Notes under the pieces: generated by a model
What the model saw: the letters and a program-made list of their open reading frames with translations, nothing else
Told to the model about the DNA's origin: nothing
Databases searched by the model: none
Shown: positions 51,273 through 61,966 of the stretch, piece after piece
How the letters are laid out: the number at the start of each line of letters is the position of its first letter
How positions within the stretch are numbered: the first letter of the stretch is position 1
Made by a program: the position numbers and the translations under genes
DNA from: Eledone cirrhosa
Lineage: Eukaryota
Reading direction: 5' to 3'
Assembly (NCBI GenBank): GCA_964016885.1
Contig: OZ024742.1
Span: forward strand, 325,314,001 to 325,378,000
DNA length: 64,000 nt

Positions 51273-51486
51273 GACGAAAGTGGATGTACGTTTTTTGAAG
51301 CTCCGTGAGTAAGCAATTTTTTGAGGATTAATTGTAGAGAATTGTTTATTTTTTGTACCGCTGAAGCATTATAAGACATTAATTTGTATCCTGTGAAGGA
51401 ATAACTCATAATATTTGGGCCTTTTGGCCCAAATATTTGAACTTTATTTTGAAAAAAAAAAATAATAATTTTTTTCTCAAAAAAAC

Positions 51487-53397
51487 ATGGCGGAGCCACG
51501 CCCCCTAGAGGCGGGTCTGCTGTCGTGCAACGGCGACTTGAGCGTTGAGAGGAGAGGTGAGGCGAGGAGCGCCACCAGCACGAATGTGAGCAGCGACAGT
51601 GCCAGCACCAACGGGCCGAGCGGCGCGGAAGGTGGTAACAGCGACAACACCAACACCAACAAGCCGAACAGCGCAGAAGGTGGTAATAGCGAGAGCACCA
51701 ACAAAACGAACAGCACAGAGAGTAATAGTAGCGACAGCAGCAGCACCAACAAGGCCAACAGCACAGAAGGTAACCACGACACAGGGGAGAACAACAACAG
51801 CAATAGCAGCAGCAACACCAACAAGAACAACAACAGTGACAACACCAACAAGAACACTTTCGCTGCTGTGGCAGCGGCTAAAAGGAGACCATGCTACAGC
51901 ATCGACTTAACCAACAGAGAGGAAAAGTTGGCCCAGGCCTGGAAAATCATAAATCAAGAGCAGACCTGGGCAAACTTAACTGTCCCGGCAGAAGCCATTG
52001 AGGCAGTGGAAAAAAGAACGGTGCATTTCAGATGCATCTCAGTAGAGACAAAGAGGGCAGCGATAATCGCCCAAGCTGACATAGAAGCCGCACTGAAATA
52101 CATCAGAGAGGACACAGACTTCATAGAGAGGGGCAGGCAATACGGCACCGTTTCGGTGCTGTTCAAGTCTGAAGCCCTCGCTGTGAAGCATTCAATGACC
52201 CCTTGCAAAACCAGCAAGGTCATAATGTACCCCTCCCACATGGGAAAACGAATAGCACGTGTGCGCATTCCCAGGATTCCACCAGGACTTGATATGTGGT
52301 GGCTCCTGGGTTGCGTAATCGTGGAAGGAACGGATACAGTCCCGGTAGAGGCAACGAGAACTGCCAGGGACGACTGGTCCGGGGTTGATCTGGAGATACT
52401 GCTCCAAATCAGACCCGAAAACGTAAAAACAATCCCGGACCACATCCGCCTCCAAAACGGGAGGGTGTTGCATATAATGACTGAGGGCAAAAGGCCGCAT
52501 TGTTTCCTTTGTGGGGAAACGACACACTTGCGAGCCTTCTGCCCTCAACTGCCGAAAAGCGCAAGGGGTCGAACGATTCCACTGCTGGCGACGCCGGGAC
52601 AAGGACCACCAGCAACACCGTCAACAATGGAACCACCAAAATTGCACACCCAGGGGGGAAACGAGGAAAGCTCTCCCATTCCCCCTCCCCCCCAAAATAC
52701 ACACACGAACAAGAACATAAACACTCACTCAGACACAAACACGCTCACAGCCACAGACCCCTCATCCTCCAGCAGTGAAGATGAGGGAAAACCAAAGTCC
52801 CCCAAAATACAAAAAACAAAACACAAAAAAAAAAGAAATCCACAAAGCACAAACACCCCCACAAAAAAAAATACACACACCACCCACACAAACATTTTCC
52901 CCACAGCATCACCAACACAACCACCAAAATCCCCCAAACGCAAACAAGCTAAACAGACACAAGAACAAATAGACACACAAACATCAGAAACTACAGACAC
53001 CCCACCCACAACAAACGCAGACACAATAGAAACAACACTAACAAAGCTATCACCACCACAATCACACGAACAAATAAAACCCGAGCAACAAAACATTAAA
53101 AACTTCGTGCTTGCCAGAAGGGCCAACAAGGAATTGATGGCCCATGTAGCACGAAGCACAAACATCGAAAAAGACGGGGAAACATTTGAAGCGAGCACAT
53201 TTCGCGTACCAGATAATTTGCTTCTGATGCGAATGTCGCTCGCTTCATACAAAGAAATTCGAAAGAGCTTTCCTCGGGATGTGGGAACCCCGAACGTAAA
53301 ACCCACGTCAAGACTATTAAAGGGGTTCCCAAAAGAAACCCCACAAACCATGGAGGTCGAACCACCCGACCTTCACAAGACCCCGGAAGGTAAGTAA
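51487..53397 (+). CDS. LINE ORF1 protein (CCHC zinc knuckle), 636 aa
   Basis: CFLCGETTHLRAFC; TFAAVAA motif; homologous to ORF1 of copies B and C. Confidence 0.88.
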   Translation: MAEPRPLEAGLLSCNGDLSVERRGEARSATSTNVSSDSASTNGPSGAEGGNSDNTNTNKPNSAEGGNSESTNKTNSTESNSSDSSSTNKANSTEGNHDTGENNNSNSSSNTNKNNNSDNTNKNTFAAVAAAKRRPCYSIDLTNREEKLAQAWKIINQEQTWANLTVPAEAIEAVEKRTVHFRCISVETKRAAIIAQADIEAALKYIREDTDFIERGRQYGTVSVLFKSEALAVKHSMTPCKTSKVIMYPSHMGKRIARVRIPRIPPGLDMWWLLGCVIVEGTDTVPVEATRTARDDWSGVDLEILLQIRPENVKTIPDHIRLQNGRVLHIMTEGKRPHCFLCGETTHLRAFCPQLPKSARGRTIPLLATPGQGPPATPSTMEPPKLHTQGGNEESSPIPPPPQNTHTNKNINTHSDTNTLTATDPSSSSSEDEGKPKSPKIQKTKHKKKRNPQSTNTPTKKNTHTTHTNIFPTASPTQPPKSPKRKQAKQTQEQIDTQTSETTDTPPTTNADTIETTLTKLSPPQSHEQIKPEQQNIKNFVLARRANKELMAHVARSTNIEKDGETFEASTFRVPDNLLLMRMSLASYKEIRKSFPRDVGTPNVKPTSRLLKGFPKETPQTMEVEPPDLHKTPEGK

Positions 53398-53426
53398 ACC
53401 TTTCCTCTCCCATTCATCCTGCCAGC

Positions 53427-56400
53427 ATGGCCATAAGAGTAGGAAGTTTAAATGTTCGTGGCCTGGGGTCGCCCTGGAAGCAAGGTCACTTGCTCAACGA
53501 CCTCAGGTCACTAGGAATGGATGTAATTGCCATCAGCGAGACCAGAATTTCCGACACACGCGCACTGGCGCCGATTTTCGACGATTATCAGATCTTTGCA
53601 TCTGTTAGTCGGCCGGGAATGGGAGGTGGAGTGGCTGTGCTGTTTAGGAAATGTCTGGATCTCGAGGTAAGGTCAATCTTCCGGGATCCTGACGGAAAGT
53701 TGGTGGTCCTGGACGTGAGCAATAGCGAAGGTGGTGCCTTTAGACTGGTGGCCGTCTACGCCCCTACTGGGGCCGGTCGGCCGGACTTCTTTAGGCGCCT
53801 GGAAAACTTTCTGCTTACGTCTCGCCCTTTACTGTTAATAGGGGATTGGAATGGCATCTTAGAAGCACGCTGGGATTGTGTGGGAGTATCTGATAGGAGC
53901 GGGGGGTGCAAAAGCCTCAAGTACCTGATCAGCCAGTTTCAACTGTCTGACAGGTACCGACTAGATTTCCCTAATGCGCCAGTATGGACCTGGACCAATC
54001 GCATAGGGTCATCTAGATCGTACATAGATAGGATTTTCATTAGGAAAAGAGATAGAAATAGTGTAGGATGTCCACATTTTAAAACGGTTGCCTATTCAGA
54101 TCACAAGCTTGTGATCTGTATGGTCGACCTAGATAAGACACGTAGGTTAGGACCTAGCTACTGGAAGCTAAACATGTCGTTTCCGGCACGTAAAGCTTAC
54201 AGGGACCGGGTCAACAACTTAGTTAAGCAAAAGTTGACAGGGGGGGTTGTCAACAACAGGTGGTGGGGGGCACTCAAAAGAGAGATTAGAGCAACCTCGA
54301 TAGGATTTAGCAAAGAAGTAGCAATAGAGAAAAATAGAAAGGAGGAGGGGCTGATAGCTAAGTTAGACGAGGCTATTTGTAGTGGCATTGCAACAGACGT
54401 GCTAGCGGCGAGAATGGCACTAGACCATTTCTTCAATGCGAAACACGAAGGTTGCATTGTCAGAGCTAAGGCGCGTGCTCTGAGGAACGAGGGAACCAAA
54501 GCTGCCCGATGGGCTCGCTTTGCAGAGACGCAGCGTGGAAATAAAACCACAATTCGGTCTTTGACGGATCGAGATGGACACGAACTGAGCGATTCCAAGC
54601 AGATGTGTGAGGCCTTTCGCCAGCACTTTGCTCGATTGTTCGGGAGGATGGGTGAGTCGGAGATGGCGGCGGACTTCAGTCCCTACCTCGACGGCTTGCC
54701 ACGCCTCTCGACGGCCGACGCTGAGCGCTGCGAAGAGCCGATAACATCAGCCGAAATTCAGGACGCCCTTGTCGGCTGCTCGAGTCGCAAGTCACCCGGT
54801 TTGGATGGTCTGCCCTACGAGCTTTACGTAAATATGCCAGACTTGTTCTCCGATCTCCTCGAAGCGCTCTACTGCAACTGGCAGCAGAACGGGAGCATTC
54901 CCAGTTCTGTGAGCCGTGGCGTAGTGACGCTGATAAGGAAAGACGAGAACAAGAGGGACACACTAGATAATTTCAGGCCCATAACCCTGCTCAACACAGA
55001 GTTTAAGATTTTGGCCAAGGTGTTAGCGAAAAGGTTGGCGCTTGTCGTCAAAGATTTGGTTGGGGAGGCGCAAACTTGCGCAATCCCGACCAGGTCCATA
55101 CACGACAACCTCCACCTCATGCGATACATCATAGAGAGGGTTGGGTGCAAACCTGGCTTCGGTGGGGCTCTGATCAATTTAGATCAATCGAAAGCATTCG
55201 ATAGGGTCGACCATCGGTACTTGGAGGCTGTCCTCGAGGCGGCTGGCTTCGGCCCCGTCTTCAGAAGCTGGATCGCTGCAATGTACAGCGGCATCCGCTC
55301 GGTGGTCAAAGTTAATGGCCACCTCTCGGAACCGTTTCAGATCTCTCGATCGGTCCGTCAAGGGTGCCCTCTCTCCTCACTTCTGTACGTATTGACTCTT
55401 GAGCCTCTACTGCGGAAGCTGGAGTTGTTGCAGGGCATCCCGCTCGAACCGGGACGCAGAAAGACTGCGTCCGCTTATGCGGACGACATCACCGTGATGG
55501 TGTCGGACACCTCGGAAATCGAGGTGATCCGCACCCATTTGGAGGAATATGAAAGGTTGACGGGAGCAAAACTTAACCCGGAAAAGTCGGTGGGCTTGCA
55601 GCTCGGCACCTGGAGAGGCAAGTCCATGCCGTCCAACAGCGTCGTTGGGCGCTGGACAGACGGACCGGTAAAGTTGCTCGGGGTTTGGTTCGGACCAGAC
55701 CTCCAGGTGGATAAGAATTGGGACGAGGTGACGAGCAGGATAGCCAACCTCACCCAGAAATGGGCTGAGAGAAAGCTATCACTGAAAGGGCGGGCGGAGG
55801 TGGCGAACGCGTACATCGCGTCCGTCATCTACTACCGCCTGACCGTCGTGCCTTGCCCCCGTCCACGCCTCGCCAATTTGGAACGGCTCCTTTTCAAATT
55901 TTTGTGGAGGGGACGGGTCCCGTTGGTGAGGCGGTCCATCTGCTGCCAGCACCCTCTTCGTGGAGGGCTGGGCATGCCGTGGCTAATGATGCGCAGACAT
56001 GCGCTGAGGCTGCGACATCTCCAGATATTTTGCCTAAACGGTGAACAGGTGTGGTCGCCGTTTGTTAGACGGGCCTTTCCGCAGCTCATCTCTTTGACTG
56101 AGCTGCAGTCCTGGGTCAAGAAGAGACCGAGACTGGGCGACTGGCATCTGGAATGTTGCCAGGCGCTCACTGCACTCTGCAAGGTGGGCAATGCGGTCAG
56201 TGGAACTTCCACTCAAGATTTCTATAGAGGATTAGTGGAGGGCAAGTGCGATGACGTACTAGGAGAGGCTCTGGGCGTCAACGAAGTAGAACTGACCAGT
56301 ATGTTCCGGAGGACTTTCGAGCCGGGGACGATGGATAACTTCCAGAAATCCCTCGCTTGGCAGTGCTACCGGGGGGCGCTGCCGGTTCGGGATAAACTCT

Positions 56401-56846
56401 ACAGGCACGGAAGTGCTGTCAGACGAACCTGCCCGAGATGCGCGCAGAGCGACGAAACCGTTCTGCACGCACTCGTCCAGTGTCCGTGCATTGCTGACTT
56501 GTGGGGTTATGTCGAACAGCTATTGTCGCGTGTAGAACGGATCCGGCTATCGTCCGAGTCCATAGTGAAGATTGACCCGCCGCCTTCTTTTGGTCAGGAA
56601 GGGCAGGCAATTTTCCTCTGCCTGGTGGCAGTAGCGAAAGAGGTTGCATGGTGGACCAGGTTGAAAGGACTGAAGACAGACACTTTTCTCTTCGGCCAAT
56701 CCCTCATCAACTTCTTCAAGTTTCACTTGGAAAGGAAGGTGAGGGTGGAGAGAGAAGTGCTGCCCCCCAGTACATTTACTGAAAGGTGGGTGAATGTGGC
56801 GAGAATGGCCCGCGTGAGTGGGCCTACTCTGATCATGCGCCTGTAG
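53427..56846 (+). CDS. LINE ORF2: APE + RT + zinc finger (1139 aa)
   Basis: SLNVRG, GDWN, YIDR, SDH, YADD, CPRC..H..C; colinear with ORF2 of copy C. Confidence 0.95.
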   Translation: MAIRVGSLNVRGLGSPWKQGHLLNDLRSLGMDVIAISETRISDTRALAPIFDDYQIFASVSRPGMGGGVAVLFRKCLDLEVRSIFRDPDGKLVVLDVSNSEGGAFRLVAVYAPTGAGRPDFFRRLENFLLTSRPLLLIGDWNGILEARWDCVGVSDRSGGCKSLKYLISQFQLSDRYRLDFPNAPVWTWTNRIGSSRSYIDRIFIRKRDRNSVGCPHFKTVAYSDHKLVICMVDLDKTRRLGPSYWKLNMSFPARKAYRDRVNNLVKQKLTGGVVNNRWWGALKREIRATSIGFSKEVAIEKNRKEEGLIAKLDEAICSGIATDVLAARMALDHFFNAKHEGCIVRAKARALRNEGTKAARWARFAETQRGNKTTIRSLTDRDGHELSDSKQMCEAFRQHFARLFGRMGESEMAADFSPYLDGLPRLSTADAERCEEPITSAEIQDALVGCSSRKSPGLDGLPYELYVNMPDLFSDLLEALYCNWQQNGSIPSSVSRGVVTLIRKDENKRDTLDNFRPITLLNTEFKILAKVLAKRLALVVKDLVGEAQTCAIPTRSIHDNLHLMRYIIERVGCKPGFGGALINLDQSKAFDRVDHRYLEAVLEAAGFGPVFRSWIAAMYSGIRSVVKVNGHLSEPFQISRSVRQGCPLSSLLYVLTLEPLLRKLELLQGIPLEPGRRKTASAYADDITVMVSDTSEIEVIRTHLEEYERLTGAKLNPEKSVGLQLGTWRGKSMPSNSVVGRWTDGPVKLLGVWFGPDLQVDKNWDEVTSRIANLTQKWAERKLSLKGRAEVANAYIASVIYYRLTVVPCPRPRLANLERLLFKFLWRGRVPLVRRSICCQHPLRGGLGMPWLMMRRHALRLRHLQIFCLNGEQVWSPFVRRAFPQLISLTELQSWVKKRPRLGDWHLECCQALTALCKVGNAVSGTSTQDFYRGLVEGKCDDVLGEALGVNEVELTSMFRRTFEPGTMDNFQKSLAWQCYRGALPVRDKLYRHGSAVRRTCPRCAQSDETVLHALVQCPCIADLWGYVEQLLSRVERIRLSSESIVKIDPPPSFGQEGQAIFLCLVAVAKEVAWWTRLKGLKTDTFLFGQSLINFFKFHLERKVRVEREVLPPSTFTERWVNVARMARVSGPTLIMRL

Positions 56847-57139
56847 GCTGGTGAATTCGAGAAGGAGAGGGGTGCCCTTCCCGGGTGCCCTAGGAGCGTC
56901 GGGTGGCTCAGGACTGGTGGGGTGCTTGAGTCAACCCTGGGTGGTGATCCCTCTTATTGGGGAACTTTCATTGTTGTATTTTTATTGTTATTTTGTTTTT
57001 TTTGTTATTTATACTTACTCGATCTCTATGTAAACCCCCACTGTCCCTGTCTATTGTGTTGTCCCCTATATGTCGGCCCTTGTGGCCAATAAATGAAATC
57101 ATTATTATTATTATTATTATTATTATCATTATTATTTTC

Positions 57140-57645
57140 TTGGAATCTCAATCATTGATGTTATTTTAATGAAATGTGTGTTCAAATGAAAATCAAGACG
57201 TTACATGCAGCCCCAGTTATTCAGGACACATCTGAGGGTTCTTGCTGTTACCTGCCAAAGTGCTTTTTGAAGTGATCCAAAAAGGGGGTTGGACAAATGT
57301 TCTTTAACCTTCCTTAAAAACTCTTCGTGATCGGGCCTCAGTGCTCCTACAACAATTGGAACAACTTTGAACTCATAAGGGTCCAACATACTTTTTGATT
57401 CCCAACATAAATCCTGGTATCGGTTAATTTTCTCCCTCTCCTTTTCTTGCACTCTTGAGTCAATGGGGCCGGAGACACCGACAATCAGGCACGATCTTTG
57501 TTCGTTGTCAAAAACCACCAGGTCAGGCCTATTGTGTTCTAATTACTTGTCCGTCTGTATCTTGAAATCCCATAGCACCTTCACTCGGTCGTTTTCTATC
57601 ACGACTCTGGCTTATGCTCATACCACATCTCAAAATATGGTAAAT
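57140..57645 (-). mobile_element. Decayed 3' fragment of another R4-like LINE (RLE domain)
   Basis: LWDFKIQTD..NRPD, EKINRYQDL, VVPIVVGAL; the 3' end faces the (ATT)n at 57101-57136. Confidence 0.7.
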
Positions 57646-57671
57646 TATTTAGTTTACATTAATGCCAGTGA

Positions 57672-57945
57672 ATCGCAGTCATAATGTGAGGCTGCTGTTG
57701 GAGATGCTACTCATCATACCTGCCAAGCATGTGGTAGAGAATGTAAACCTCAGGAGGGCTTAAACTACAGGCAAAAGTACATAAACTCCAACCACAGCCG
57801 GCTATTCCCAGTGAATGTTTTGGTTGCCAAATCTGTGCAAGACCTATTAGATCATTGGCTGGGCTAAAAAGCCACATTCGATCGCAGCTCTGTTAATTGT
57901 TATCGTGTGTGTGTGTATGTGTATAAATATGTATATATGTGTGTG

Positions 57946-57982
<37 letters not shown>

Positions 57983-58210
57983 ATTACTATTATTATTGTT
58001 GTTATTATTATTATTTATTTTTCGTGCAATGTCCATACTAGATAACGAGGAGGCAGCCATCATATATATATATATATGATGTCTGCCCACTCGTTATCGA
58101 GTATGGCCATTGCACGAAACAAATAATAACGACAATAATAATAATAATATATATATGTATACACACACATATACATATCTATACACACATGCACACACAC
58201 ACACATACAC

Positions 58211-58284
<74 letters not shown>

Positions 58285-58580
58285 CCACACACACACAACC
58301 ACACACACACACACACACACACACGCACTATAACAATTAACAGTGCTGCGATCGAATGTGGCTTATTAACCCAGCCAATGATCTAAAATGTCTTGCACAG
58401 AGTTGGCAACCAAACCATTCACTGGGAATAGCCGGCTGTGGTTGGAGTTCATGTACTTTTGCCTGTAGTTTGAGCCCTCCTGCTGATTTACATTCTATAC
58501 CACATGCTTGGCAGGTATGATGAGTATCATCTCCAACAGCAGCCTGGTAGTCAATCACTGGTCTCACTTTATGACTGCGA
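57672..58580. repeat. ~900-bp tail-to-tail inverted pair of RTE-like 3' ends (C2H2 zinc finger C-terminus)
   Basis: 57672-57903 mirrors 58329-58580; 58020-58063 mirrors 58077-58119; internal microsatellites are mirrored; centre is (TA)n. Encodes CQACGIEC...CQLCARHFRSLAGLISHIRSQH. Confidence 0.8.
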
Positions 58581-58604
58581 AGTTGACTTTCGAGTCCAGC
58601 ACTA

Positions 58605-58760
<156 letters not shown>

Positions 58761-58848
58761 ATGCAAAAGTACTATTTAAATTGATGGGATACAACAAGCA
58801 AATATTTTTATAACTGATATAAAGCACTCGACAAGTATTTGGAATAAA

Positions 58849-59234
<386 letters not shown>

Positions 59235-59280
59235 TATATATATATAAATACATATATGTATATATATATATATACAAGTA

Positions 59281-59627
59281 TAGGCATTGATATGTGGGAG
59301 TCCAAACATTCTAATATCCACCCACAGCCACTCATCTGTTGACCGTGATGATTTTTCCCATTCGAAATTATCCTTGGTAGGAGGTAATTCAGATGCACCT
59401 TTTCTTGTTTGAAAATGGTCCTAGGCTAATTGAGTTTTCACAGTGCTCAAAACTGCAGTTTGCTCAACGAAACGGCCGTAGGGACGTTCTAAGTAAATAG
59501 GTAAATTTTTCTTTATATTGTTTGCTTTTCCCAAATATGATTGATTCTTACCCTGACTAATTGATTCTTATTAATTCCTTCATTGGGCAAAACTTTTATT
59601 GTTTGGACTCCCTCATGAGTATGTCTA
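59281..59627. mobile_element. MITE-like element candidate
   Basis: Imperfect terminal inverted repeats: atgtgggagtccaaaca (59292-59308) versus tgtttggactccctcat (59600-59616); TA at both ends. Confidence 0.4.
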
Positions 59628-59814
59628 TATTTGTAAATATATATATATATATATATTGATATATCTCATATGAAATGATACAGCCAATTTTCCACACAAT
59701 ACAATTAGTTAGAACCCCGAACGTTTAATTAGGAATATACTCAGGTATTTCCTAATGTTTCTTGAGTGAGTTGGAATTTGGCCGGAGTATCGCTATTAGC
59801 TTTCTCCGATTATG

Positions 59815-59852
<38 letters not shown>

Positions 59853-60304
59853 TACACAAAAAAGTATTTATGTTAATATACACTTATACACATACGCACA
59901 CACACACGCACCCCCCCACACACACTCTCTCTCTCTCTCTCACACACACACAGAGACACATATATATATAATGACAATCAGTGTCATGTTGAATCTAACT
60001 GACATGCAAAAACATATATATAGGAATAAGGTAAGCCCAAATCATAGTAGATTCAAATATCACAGAGAGAAAGAGACAGAGGGAGGTAGAGAGGGGGGAT
60101 GAGGTGCAACAGAAATGAATTCAGGGATTACATGTTAAAATGTAGTCTAGATAGATGGGAAACAAAACGAGGTTGTTGTTTATGGGACACCCAAGAAGTC
60201 GACCTTAAGTAGGAGCAATAACAATAAGAAAGGCATGAATGACACCACAACACTTTGTTTTGAAAATGTTGAAAGTATGAATTTTCATTAGACTTTCCTA
60301 GTCG

Positions 60305-60503
60305 TCTCTGTGGCCTAGCGGAAGGTACTAGAGCCGGTGTAGATCCTGGCCTCGGGTTCAATCCTGTACCATTTTTCAGATTTTATTTTACAACCAATAG
60401 GAAAAAACTGAAAAGGTTTACCGGGAACCCTACACCCGACCAGGATCGAACTTCAGACCAGCATCACCACTGGCTTTGTTTCCTCGAACTAGGCCACTGA
60501 GGA
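60305..60503. promoter_or_regulatory. Convergent pair of tRNA-like (Pol III A/B-box) heads
   Basis: Plus strand tggcctagcgg...ggttcaatcc (60312-60365); minus strand tggcctagt...gttcgatcc (60441-60503). Confidence 0.4.
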
Positions 60504-60841
60504 AGCTACGAAAGTGTAATGAAAATTAATAATTATAAACCTACTTTCAAAAACAAAGTTATAAAAGACGTGGTGTCGTTCATGGCTTTCCTAGAGCTAT
60601 TAGTAATATTAGGGTTGACTTCTGGTCTTTGTTGAAAGTCTCTGGATTTCGCAAAATGCGTAATATTTGTTATTGGAGAAGGTAAGATTTTTTCATAAAA
60701 AATTTGATTGGGCTGTTTTGTTTCCACTTATGTATTTTTCGAAAATGTTATTCATTCATTACAAAAATTGAATGATAGCATTCTATATGTAGCTGGGCCA
60801 CCTTGATCTCCTTGTAACCAATATTTTTAGACCCAGTTAGC

Positions 60842-60891
<50 letters not shown>

Positions 60892-61273
60892 TCGTTAATT
60901 ACTCCCATTTTGTTGAGTAATAAAAAAAATTTGCTCGAATCGGCTGCTTCTTCTAGCTGCTTTTGTAAGTGTTATTGTGCAGCCATTCGAAGTCATCGCA
61001 AGGAGCACATACCTATAATGTGTTCCTACTTGTTTGAAAGTGTTCCCCGACATGTCGAGGTTTTCACGAAACTGCAATAGGGAAGTTATAAAAAAATAAG
61101 TAAATTTTTCTTTATCTGGTTACAGGCCTTCTACAAGAAACCATCATTGGCTGAAACAGACGATTTTACTAGTCATCGCCGCCGACAACCACAGTCGACA
61201 CCGAGCTCTAGACAGTTTAGCATTCTTGACAAATTGTGGAAAATTGTTGACGTTCTGTGAAACGCTTCAATTT

Positions 61274-61337
<64 letters not shown>

Positions 61338-61502
61338 CCAATAATGAAATATATATAGCAGTATATCTATAATAAACGAAGCCAAATTTTACAGACTCAA
61401 TTATTTTACATTACTCCGGAGTAAACAAACCAACCTGCGTACTTCGTCGAGTGTTCCAATCTGCATACTGAGGTGTCGGTAAACAAACAACATATGCTCA
61501 CA

Positions 61503-61545
<43 letters not shown>

Positions 61546-61917
61546 TCCGAAAAGAATTCCATCCTACACACACGCCACACACACTCACACACATGAATTT
61601 ATATCTATCTATCTATCTGAAAAGATTATCCACACCACATTATCCCCTGGGTTTCTGTGAAACACATGTTGTTTAATTTGTCTTTTTGTAGTTATCTCCC
61701 TTTTCATTTACATCATCTACTTACAGATAACTTGAGGATTATCTACCCTTAAAACTCTTCTCTACCTTCTAAAGTTTCGATAGTTCGAAGTCATTTGCTG
61801 AATGTGTTGGGGTAAACATCCCAGCCAAACTTAAGTACCTTTACATGTTACAGTTAAAACTAATTATGCCTAACTTGGCCTATGGGCTAACCCCTTAGAT
61901 ATCTTTACTAACTTTGT

Positions 61918-61966
<49 letters not shown>

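Larger units (their letters stand above)
51273..57100 (+). mobile_element. L1/Tx1-clade LINE copy D, full length, intact, divergent subfamily
   Basis: Has its own 5'UTR, ORF1 and 3'UTR; AATAAA at 57088; (ATT)n on both sides. Confidence 0.93.

Noticed and set aside
53390-53425. 36-nt intron GTAAGT...CCAG in copy D
   Set aside because: It is very short and puts ORF2 out of frame. The AG is kept only as a possible acceptor for an upstream donor.
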